A stretch of 63,560 bases of DNA, counting the filler, from Trichosphaerium sp. ATCC 40318 (taxonomy: Eukaryota > Protista > Tubulinea), in assembly GCA_038496445.1 (NCBI GenBank). It is 3 parts of 3 records of this genome, joined end to end, with 100 filler letters (N's around TTAATTAATTAA, not from the genome) between each part and the next. Parts side by side here need not be neighbours in the genome. Positions count along the whole stretch, not along the records: positions 52,335 to 63,560 come from JALMLS010000636.1; 2 more parts are not named here. One strand, written 5' to 3'. The notes beneath the pieces were generated by a model that saw only the letters and a list, made by a program, of their open reading frames with translations, was not told where the DNA came from and ran no database searches. The position numbers were made by a program, and so were the translations under genes. Below are positions 53,358-61,020 of this stretch, piece after piece (positions within the stretch are counted from its first letter, which is position 1; each line of letters begins with the position of its first letter).

Positions 53358-55045
53358 ATGAAGAAACAAGTATCACAACTCCTTACCGCTCCCGCTGGGA
53401 CCGGCAAGTCTTATATGGTTACGTGGGACCTGGTGGAACGTTGGCTCCCCAACACGACCGGGCCCGTGATCACAAACATGCCCTACGGCCTGGTGCCTGA
53501 AAGCCACTCCAGCCCGCCCCAGTTCGAAGGGGAAACCTTCGCCCAACGCATCGGCGAATATGTCGCCGCGAAGCACGGGGGCGACCCCTTCGAGTATGAA
53601 AGCCGCATCCAGCTCATTAGCAACGATGTGCTGGAAGCCTGGAAGACTGGCGAGGAAACACCGCTGGAAACCTTTCAGAACACAGACATAACCGGGGCTC
53701 TCATCATCATCGATGAAGCCCACAACTACATCGGTCGTGGGTCGGAGTTCCGCCAATGCAAAACGCGTTGGCAAAAGTTCTGCGGCGAGCTTCGGCATCA
53801 AGGCGGTTGCATTCAGTTCGTCACCCAGACCCCTGGCAAGCTCGCCAAAGAGATCATTGACGAGTGCGGGGTGCGTCAAGCTCTTGTAGATTCGGAAGAG
53901 GAGCGGGACCCCATTTTCGGGATTCAGCTCTACTATTGGTATCAGTTGAAAGCGAAGATTTTCGGGCGTTACAACTCCTGTTTCGTGCGTATCGACATGC
54001 GTGATATCGATGGCAAGAAGAACAAGCACGACAACGTCGAACGGGTCATCCGCAAGCAAGAGATTTTCGCGTTATACGATTCGTTCGCCGCTCCGATCGC
54101 TGGGGCGTTGCGGCCTCTGCGGGTGTTGAAAAGAAGGAATGGGAGAAGCGAGGTTGGGGGTCGTTTCTCCTTTGGTTCTTCTACGCGAATCCTTGGAAAC
54201 TCTCGAAGCCGTTTCTCATAGCCGGGTTGCTGATCTTCGTGATGCTCAACGGAAAAACGATCTTCGGTTCGTTCGTTGGTGCGATTCAATACGGTGCGAC
54301 CGGGGTTCCTCCAGCTCAAGCGGAAGGCGTTCCCACTTCTTACACTTCAAACAACTCACCAGAAGACAACCAGGTTCATTCGGATGCCCTTGCAAAACTC
54401 GAAGAAGAAAAACAAGAACTGTTGCAGCGAATCGAAGAAGCCGAATCCAAACTCAGGAAGCTCTCAGTGCTCCGGGTCGTTACCCCCAACTCTGTTACGA
54501 CTGCCGACGGTCAAACGTACCGCGTCGGCGAAACCATCCTCTACGGTGACCTCGTCGGCCGTCGTGTTGCGTCGGTCGATTTTGCTCGTCGCGCTTGCAA
54601 GTTGGATAACGGCGTCTGGGTGTTCCTCGGTGAGAACCAAGAGACCGGAGGTCCCCGCGTTGGTCCCCCTGTATCAACTCCTTCCGACCGAATCGACGAG
54701 CAAGAAAACGGAGTCCCGTTATATGAAAACGGTCACCCTGTCGGCGGAAGGTCAGCGGATCGGGGTTCTTCTCCGTCAGATTTCAGTCGACTCGGGGCTG
54801 TCGGTGGTGATAGCCGAGAACCTCGATCGGGCTTCCATATCGTTGGAAGTCACGAGACAACCGGCGGACCTGGTCATAGCGGCGATAGCTCGGAGGCTTG
54901 GAACGGAAGTAACGAGGACCGGGGAGCTGTACTTCATTGGAGACCTGCGACCGGAAGACCGTGGGGTGTTAGTCCGGTCCGCCGGGTATCTGGACACGGA
55001 CAAACGCCAGTCTACAGCCGAGCTGTTTATCTCCGAACATGGTAG
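53358..55045 (+). CDS. zot: Zot/pI morphogenesis ATPase (copy 1, 1-nt homopolymer deletion near 54105)
   Basis: Walker A APAGTGKS, Walker B IIIDEAH, LRH and TQ motifs, then a TM and a coiled coil. Intact in copy 2. Confidence 0.9.
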
Positions 55046-55913
55046 GGCGTTGGCCCTTCCCGATGGTCAATTGGTCGTCGCCGATCGTGTTGAAGTACTC
55101 CAGCGAATCAACGACGCTTTTGATCAGCTCGCCGCGGCGGATCGATCATCGTGGTTGGTTCAGTTGCACGTTGTGAGCGTTACGGAAACCATTGAAAGCG
55201 AACTCGGTTTGACGAACACGCTCACCTCCGGTGCGACCGTTGGTTATTCGGATGGTGTGGGTGTCGTCGATGCGGCTGTCAGCCTTGAAGCCAAGCTATC
55301 TGCGATGCGTGAACGCGAAGACGTTGGCGTTTTGTGGGAGCCTGCTTTCGTGCTTCGTCCTTCGGCCCCAGCGGAATTCAATGATTCCCGACGCTTTCCG
55401 ATTGTCGAGCTGCTCACCTCGAACGACTCACGCGAACAACGCGAAGTCGTACGGTATGTTGACGTGGGCCGATCCGTGAACGTAACCGTCGAACCGATCG
55501 GGGCAGGGCAGGGCGTCTTGTCGATCGACCTCGTTGACGAAGTCGTTTCGTCGCTCGTCGATGGCCGTCCGATCACCGACGGTATCACGTTCAAGGGCTC
55601 CGCCACGGTTGGCGAATCGGGTACCTATCTGCTCGGGGAAACCAAACGCAACGAGACACGTAGCCGGTCATCTGACTGGCTTTCTTTCGTTCGGGGTCGT
55701 GGCACGTTCTCCGACCGTGTTGTAGTCTTCGCCCGCGTTCTTCGGGTTGCTGGTGCCATCGAGTCACAACCGGACCCGCAAGCGAGCGAAGCGGTTCAGC
55801 GTAGCGAGCTGCGGAAGCCGGTTGATTCCTCGCAGGATGAAAGCCAACCGGAAACGTCGGTTGAAGGTCAAACACGTCTTAAGCCAATGAGGGCAAACAA
55901 TGGTGCGTTGTGA
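54564..55913 (+). CDS. pIV-like secretin with probable lipoprotein signal (copy 1)
   Basis: Likely start VLRRSILLVALASWITASG|C. N-domain (VLLRQISVDSGLSVV), N3-like GQLVVADRVEVLQRINDAFDQL, and secretin core SELG...YVDVGRSVNVTVEP...VVVFARV. Confidence 0.8.
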   Translation: MLRRSILLVALASWITASGCSSVRTKRPEVPALVPLYQLLPTESTSKKTESRYMKTVTLSAEGQRIGVLLRQISVDSGLSVVIAENLDRASISLEVTRQPADLVIAAIARRLGTEVTRTGELYFIGDLRPEDRGVLVRSAGYLDTDKRQSTAELFISEHGRALALPDGQLVVADRVEVLQRINDAFDQLAAADRSSWLVQLHVVSVTETIESELGLTNTLTSGATVGYSDGVGVVDAAVSLEAKLSAMREREDVGVLWEPAFVLRPSAPAEFNDSRRFPIVELLTSNDSREQREVVRYVDVGRSVNVTVEPIGAGQGVLSIDLVDEVVSSLVDGRPITDGITFKGSATVGESGTYLLGETKRNETRSRSSDWLSFVRGRGTFSDRVVVFARVLRVAGAIESQPDPQASEAVQRSELRKPVDSSQDESQPETSVEGQTRLKPMRANNGAL

Positions 55914-56148
55914 ATGTCAGGTCGATTCTTTCCGGTTCCATGTCGTTTGGATGCTGTTTTGGCATCTCTCGATTGCGCTGGCCGTCGTGGGCGGCCCAGT
56001 CGGTCGAGGTCTCGCGGTCGCGTTTATCGCTCTGGCCGTTAGCTTCGTCGTTGCTCGCTCGGTCTTGTCCCGACGTGTGCGACCAACGGAAGCAGCACCT
56101 GTTCCGACTGTGCGGGTTAACCATGTTGTAACGTGCTCTGACCGCTGA
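55900..56148 (+). CDS. Small two-TM membrane protein of unknown function
   Basis: 82 aa with two hydrophobic stretches. GAGGG upstream. Overlaps the secretin stop. Confidence 0.55.
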   Translation: MVRCECQVDSFRFHVVWMLFWHLSIALAVVGGPVGRGLAVAFIALAVSFVVARSVLSRRVRPTEAAPVPTVRVNHVVTCSDR

Positions 56149-56356
56149 AAGCGGTTGGGCCTTTCTGGCCAAGAAGAACAAGGGTTTTGCTGCGGCGTGG
56201 TGCAGGTGAATCTCGCGAACACCAGCCCCGACGCCGCCTTCTAAAAGAAAAAAACGGAACAACTGCTATTGACAGCGAATCCGGAACCCGTTCAAAAGAT
56301 TGCCGCGACCTACCAAGGCGCTCTCGTGATTCAAGTCGGAAACGAACCGACATCAC

Positions 56357-56395
56357 AAAAAAAAGGCCCCCGGAAGGTACCAACAACCGGAGGCC
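56357..56395 (-). terminator. Possible antisense intrinsic terminator
   Basis: GGCCCCCGG/CCGGAGGCC stem with one mismatch, next to an A8 tract (U8 on the minus strand). Confidence 0.4.
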
Positions 56396-56430
56396 ACCCA
56401 CCGCACACCTAAAACGAAAGACGGTGCACA

Positions 56431-56985
56431 GTGAGTGATCGAAATTTTAGGCCCTCGAACTCTGGCCGCAATGGGAAAGCAATCCCGTGCACGGTGAATT
56501 CCGAAAACATGTTTGGCATGATTCGGAACCTCGATGGTGTTCTGGTGAAGGCTCAATGTGCCTCGCCGAATATGAAGAGCGAAATGATTACCGACGCTCG
56601 CGGTCGATTGCAGACGATGCAGATTTACGTTGAAAACGCCGTGAATCATGCCCAAAATGGCATATCAGAATCGCACGTCAACCCTCTTGCAACGTCCGAT
56701 AATGCCCCCTGTGATGGAACAAAACGGGACCAAAAAACAAAAGCAGGGGAGGCCGTCAAACGGCTGGACTCTTTCGCGTACGCCGCTTCTCAACACGTCG
56801 GCGCCGCGGGCAATTTGGACGAGTCCGCAGCGATCGCAACAGCCTGCGTTTCGCTCATGTCGGTGATGTTCCCCGACGTTTCTCCCGACACTCGCGAACT
56901 CTATCGCGATGTGATTTGGTCCCCGGTTGAAGAAACCGAAGAGGACGCAAAGCAAGTTATGGAAGCTCTGGGGCTTCTGTTCTAG
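56431..56985 (+). CDS. Hypothetical phage protein (184 aa)
   Basis: Co-oriented ORF filling the gap before the structured intergenic region. No recognised domain. Confidence 0.6.
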   Translation: MSDRNFRPSNSGRNGKAIPCTVNSENMFGMIRNLDGVLVKAQCASPNMKSEMITDARGRLQTMQIYVENAVNHAQNGISESHVNPLATSDNAPCDGTKRDQKTKAGEAVKRLDSFAYAASQHVGAAGNLDESAAIATACVSLMSVMFPDVSPDTRELYRDVIWSPVEETEEDAKQVMEALGLLF

Positions 56986-56989
56986 CAAC

Positions 56990-57310
56990 CCAGCGGGCGG
57001 CCAGGCAGGATGCCTACGCGACGTTCGGAACGTCCCGCCCGCTGGCTTTGCTCCCAACCAAAAAACCATGTTGGCTTGACTTATGTTTGGCGTGACCAAG
57101 GTTTCTTCGTTCCGTCTCGGGTGCTCCCACTTCGGGACGGTCAGCTACATGGGTCGAGAGTTTATCTCGCCTGTGTCTTATCCCTGTTCCTGTCAGGCGT
57201 TGCACTCCGCGAAGTGGGGCAACCGCTACGCCGGGCGGGCGAGTCTGCAAGGTCTGTCAACGCTCGAAGCGTTGAAAGTTTGGGAATCCGGTGGGCTTCC
57301 CGAGCGGTGT
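56990..57310. promoter_or_regulatory. Hairpin-dense intergenic region (candidate packaging signal / single-strand origin)
   Basis: An 11-bp stem (56990-57000/57035-57045) encloses two hairpins. At least five more stems follow, e.g. CAACGCT-CGA-AGCGTTG and GTTGC...GCAAC. Confidence 0.6.
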
Positions 57311-57345
57311 GGTCCGTGTCGTTGTGTTCGCGAGGAACGTTTGTT

Positions 57346-58425
57346 TTGACTAGAAGACGCCGAGCCATAAGGGCGGGCAGCGATGCCCGCCTTTATCTTG
57401 AATACTCTGGAAAAGTTGAGACCGCCTCACAACACTACGTTGTTGGCTGCTCGTGCCGATCCCGATTTTGCAAGCACTGTGCAACGTCTCGCGGGTATCA
57501 ACTCCGAAAACGGGTGCTGCAATGTTCGGCGGCCAAGGAGTGGAAGAACTGCCAGATGTGGACCCTCACCATTGATCCGAAGTTGTTCAGCGATGACCCC
57601 AAGGCGGCTTATGAATATTGCCGTGAAAAGCGGGTCGTCTCCCAATGGGTTAGATCCCTTCGGCGTCGTGGCCTTTTGTTGTGCCGTCACTACTTCGCAG
57701 CGGTCGAGTTCCAGAAAAATGGGATGGTGCACTATCACGTGCTCGTGGATGCCAAGTTCATCCCGTTTCAAACGGCGTGCGACCTCTGGAACCGTTTCCG
57801 GCCTGCCGATGCACCGATCAGCGACGAAGACGCAGCGAGGCCCGCGTTTGGTTCCGTGCGGTTCAGTCAGGCCCGCAAGTTTTCGACGTATCAACACGCG
57901 ATCAACTACGCGACGAAGTACGTCATCAAGACGCCGAAATACGGCTGGCCGGCGTGGGTGATGGATTCACGCTGCAACGTCCCGCGTTACATGGCTTCTC
58001 GTGACTTCTTCGAAGACGGGAAGGCCGCTAGCGATCCGTCTGGGTACGAGGACGAGCCAGAAGAAACAGACCCCGAAGAAGAGCCGCCACAACGCGAAAC
58101 GATCGCCGAAAGAGTGGCGAAGTGTCGGGTGAAGGGCGTGGTCATGCGGGTTGATACTTACACCGCCGGTCAAGTCACTTGGAAACGTGCAACCTTTTGC
58201 GGGGAACTCCCCCGCGACTATGCCGAACTCTGCGAGGAAGCAGGGTTCGACTCCTTACCGTTCCGGTTCGCTGTTGGACTGGACGAACTCAGAGCCTTAA
58301 TTGGCGACCCCGTTTTGAAGGATTCAGACGATGAAACGAGCCGGAAAACAACTTGCGACCGCTATCGTGCTTTCGAGTCGTGTTTTGCCGAAGAAGAGCG
58401 ACAAACCCGAACGAACAGCTATTGA
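57346..58425 (+). CDS. rep: Rolling-circle HUH replication initiator (Rep)
   Basis: CSCRSRFCKHC, motif 1 WTLT, motif 2 VEFQKNGMVHYHVLV, motif 3 YATKYVIK. Probable TTG start 9 nt after GAGGA. Confidence 0.9.
   Translation: MTRRRRAIRAGSDARLYLEYSGKVETASQHYVVGCSCRSRFCKHCATSRGYQLRKRVLQCSAAKEWKNCQMWTLTIDPKLFSDDPKAAYEYCREKRVVSQWVRSLRRRGLLLCRHYFAAVEFQKNGMVHYHVLVDAKFIPFQTACDLWNRFRPADAPISDEDAARPAFGSVRFSQARKFSTYQHAINYATKYVIKTPKYGWPAWVMDSRCNVPRYMASRDFFEDGKAASDPSGYEDEPEETDPEEEPPQRETIAERVAKCRVKGVVMRVDTYTAGQVTWKRATFCGELPRDYAELCEEAGFDSLPFRFAVGLDELRALIGDPVLKDSDDETSRKTTCDRYRAFESCFAEEERQTRTNSY
57369..57405 (+). promoter_or_regulatory. Candidate double-strand origin (nick site) inside rep
   Basis: Stem GGCGGGCA-GCGA-TGCCCGCC, then TTTATCTTGAATA, which resembles the pC194/phiX174 CTTG^ATA nick motif. 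Confidence 0.55.
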
Positions 58426-58687
58426 GCTGCAAGTGATCGGGGGAGGCGTGGAAACCGTGTTCCCAACGACGGAGGAAGCGGCGGAGCGTGGTATCCGCCT
58501 CGGGACGCAGCTCGATGTGGAAGTGAGTTTCGCTCCTTGCGGCAAAGGCACCTCGACGCGAGAAAGTGGTGGGAAGACTTACACAGACACGTTCGACACG
58601 TACCGGATGAACGTCTTCCTCCCGCGACCCGAGGAAGCCAGCCAAACCGATCCAGCACGCCGACGGCCAACCGCCGCCGCCGCGTAA
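58331..58687 (+). CDS. pV-like ssDNA-binding protein
   Basis: 118 aa, beta-rich, directly after rep (canonical position). Positional inference. Confidence 0.6.
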   Translation: MKRAGKQLATAIVLSSRVLPKKSDKPERTAIELQVIGGGVETVFPTTEEAAERGIRLGTQLDVEVSFAPCGKGTSTRESGGKTYTDTFDTYRMNVFLPRPEEASQTDPARRRPTAAAA

Positions 58688-58725
58688 AGCTGGTGCCGAA
58701 CTGTAAATAGAAAGGGTTCGTGAAA

Positions 58726-58866
58726 ATGGAATTTCAATCTCCTTGGGACCTCGTCCAATGGATTTTTTTCCATGGATTCGCGGCCCACATTTGTCTCCAC
58801 TTTGCGGTGATCGTCACCGCTCCCCGTCTGTGGAATTGGTTTGCAGACGGTTCTAGTTCCTCGTAG
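58726..58866 (+). CDS. Small TM minor coat protein (pVII/pIX-like), 46 aa, absent from the ORF track
   Basis: MEFQSPWDLVQWIFFHGFAAHICLHFAVIVTAPRLWNWFADGSSSS*. AAAGGG upstream. Lies between ssb and the major coat gene. Confidence 0.6.
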   Translation: MEFQSPWDLVQWIFFHGFAAHICLHFAVIVTAPRLWNWFADGSSSS

Positions 58867-58883
58867 CGAAAAGGGATTTTGCT

Positions 58884-59075
58884 ATGCCGACTTTGACTCT
58901 CGTTCCCGCGTTCTTTGGTCAAGTGACCGTTCCCGACATCGGCGTTGATGTTGGGGCGTTCGTTACAGCGGCCATCACGACGCTCGGTGCCGTCGCCGCC
59001 ATCGCCGTTGGTGGTTACGTCGCTTTCATGATCGTCCGACGCGGCTTGCGTTGGATGGGCACCGCACTTCGTTGA
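58884..59075 (+). CDS. Major coat protein (pVIII-like), paralogue A
   Basis: 63 aa: acidic N-terminal part, Ala/Gly-rich TM helix, basic C-terminus RRGLRW. AAAAGGGA upstream. Confidence 0.85.
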   Translation: MPTLTLVPAFFGQVTVPDIGVDVGAFVTAAITTLGAVAAIAVGGYVAFMIVRRGLRWMGTALR

Positions 59076-59266
59076 TGTTTTCTTTGCTTGCGTCCGTCGA
59101 GTTACCAAACGTGCTCGGCGGGCTGCGTCTCGTCAGAGACCTTTACGAGATGGTTTATCTCGCGGCGCTCAGCATGGGCGGATTAGTTGCACTCGCGGTC
59201 GGCGGTTATACGGCGTTTCTTGTCGTTCGGCGTGGATTGCGTTGGTTGAACACCTCGCTCCGGTAA
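59075..59266 (+). CDS. Major coat-like protein, paralogue B
   Basis: TGATG coupling, 63 aa, ends AVGGYTAFLVVRRGLRWLNTSLR versus AVGGYVAFMIVRRGLRWMGTALR in A. Confidence 0.8.
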   Translation: MFSLLASVELPNVLGGLRLVRDLYEMVYLAALSMGGLVALAVGGYTAFLVVRRGLRWLNTSLR

Positions 59267-59285
59267 CGGGGCGGGGAAGTGGTAA

Positions 59286-59318
59286 GGGGGTCGGGCTCAC
59301 GCTCGGCTCCCTTTTTTT
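59286..59318 (+). terminator. Rho-independent terminator after the coat genes
   Basis: GGGGGTCGGGC-TCAC-GCTCGGCTCCC followed by T7. Same position as the Ff central terminator. Confidence 0.8.
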
Positions 59319-59349
59319 GTGTCTTTACTCAAGGAATGGATTCAGATGA

Positions 59350-59529
59350 ATGGACGAACAAATCCGCGATGCTGTCTTGGCTGGAAACGAGCGGCTTGCA
59401 AGCCTGGAAGCGGCTGCCGAGCTGCTTCAATTTCTCCTTACTGCCAACGTCGTGGCCTCCAGTATGTGCTGGGCCGCCTTGGCCTGGTTGCTCGTGCTCT
59501 ACTCCAAAAACTCGTCCCGGTTCTGGTGA
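59350..59529 (+). CDS. Small TM protein, 59 aa, absent from the ORF track
   Basis: MDEQIRDAVLAGNERLASLEAAAELLQFLLTANVVASSMCWAALAWLLVLYSKNSSRFW*. Confidence 0.6.
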   Translation: MDEQIRDAVLAGNERLASLEAAAELLQFLLTANVVASSMCWAALAWLLVLYSKNSSRFW

Positions 59530-60688
59530 TCCTAGCCGCGTCCAACGCATCCGCTCAGGATGTTTATTTGCCCGGTGAATCCTTCGTCGATCGCTACGGT
59601 GTGACTCGCGTCGTCGGGTGCGGCCAATACGCCATCGCAAAGATTCCCACGCAAACCTGGGAAGAAGTGCGTTGGAGAATTGACGGGAAAACGGCGCTTC
59701 AAGGTTTGGGAGCCGACTACGCTTTCAACTCGCTCTTCAACCAGTCAGAAACGATCGTTTGGGTTCTCTACGCCTACGGGAACGAAGTCGCTACTGGATC
59801 CAAAGTCATCCCCAGCAACGACGCAGACGGGAACAACGTACCGGACACGCATCAGGGGGATTTTGACGGCGACTGCATTCCCGACACGATCGACGACGAT
59901 GCGGACGGGGACGGGATTCCCGACGATCAGGAAAGCGATTGCAACAACGATGGTTTCCCTGACCAACCGAATGACGACGATTGCGACGGCATCCCTGACG
60001 ACGATGAACCCGATTCTGACGACGATGGGATTCCTGACGATGAAGACGACGACGCAGACGGGGACGGGGTTGACGACGACGAACAAAGCGACTGCGACAA
60101 CGACGGATTCCCCGACCAAGAGAATGACGAGGACTGCGACGGCATCCCTGACGACGAGGAGAACGACATGGAGGGTGACGGGATTCCTGACGACGAGGAC
60201 GACGACATGGACGGTGACGGAATCCCAAACGACGATGATCCTGACGCAGACGGTGACGGCATCGACGACGAAGAAGAAGGCCCGTACGAAACGACTTATG
60301 GGTGCGACTGCTCGAAAGCCGAGGGTGCTTTGCTTGCGATCGATTCGGAAGGGAATCAAACCGTCAACGACTGTTCTAAAGTCGACTGCACCAATTACAC
60401 CCCGTACTCAAAACAGGTCGCGTTTCCCCGGTGCCGACTCCCGACCTTAACGCCGATCTTCCTTTGAATAACGCTCTGGGCGGTCTCGTGCAGGACATCT
60501 ATGTGCCTTCCGAAGCGGTCCCTCCTTTGACGTTCAATCTCGGTATCGTCGGAAACGTGACGGTGCCTCTTCTGACTGAACCCAACAGCACAATTGACCT
60601 GGTCCGCCGGATGACTCGGGCGTTTCTGCTGTTCACTTTCGTCGTGACTTTCCTCTCGTCCCTCCTTCGCGTTTTCAGGCAGTACTAA
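59466..60688 (+). CDS. pIII-like adsorption protein with thrombospondin type 3-like acidic repeats (full copy, 1-nt C deletion near 60428)
   Basis: Signal VLGRLG...VLVILAASNASA|QDV, ~90-aa N-domain, 12 DxDxDG(I/F/V)PD-type units, Cys-rich segment, C-terminal TM. Copy 1 has CCCCC, which restores the frame. Confidence 0.8.
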
Positions 60689-61017
60689 TGTTTACAGGTC
60701 TTGTGAATTGGATGCTTTCGGTCGTGAACTTCGTCCTTGATTGGACGGTGATCATGTTCACGTGGCTAGTGAATTACGCTCTTTGGAAAACCATCGAATG
60801 GCTTTGGTTTATGCTGCGGCCTCTGTACCAACGTCTTATAGATTACCTTCCCGATATCCCTGCTTATGATCTTTCACTCTTGGGGAAAGCCTTCACCGTC
60901 GGGGACCATTGGATGCCCCTCACCGAAGCCATCGACATGATTGTCGCCTACTGGGCGTTCGTCGCTATTTTTGTCGCTGTTAAACTCCTCCTGAAAGCTA
61001 TTCCAACGGTAGGCTAA
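60688..61017 (+). CDS. pVI-like minor coat protein (copy 2)
   Basis: Identical to 53025-53354. Confidence 0.8.
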   Translation: MFTGLVNWMLSVVNFVLDWTVIMFTWLVNYALWKTIEWLWFMLRPLYQRLIDYLPDIPAYDLSLLGKAFTVGDHWMPLTEAIDMIVAYWAFVAIFVAVKLLLKAIPTVG

Positions 61018-61020
61018 CCC

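Noticed and set aside
54100-54110. Programmed frameshift or phase variation in zot (also pIII near 60428 and secretin near 63300)
   Set aside because: These are single-base homopolymer differences, each intact in the other copy. Sequencing error is the simpler explanation.
57060-57095. dif-like XerCD attachment site (TTATGTT)
   Set aside because: Only part of an XerD arm matches and there is no credible XerC arm.
59820-60281. Long alternative-frame ORFs (poly-Thr, poly-Ser, poly-Val/Arg)
   Set aside because: Shadow frames of GAC-rich Asp repeats.
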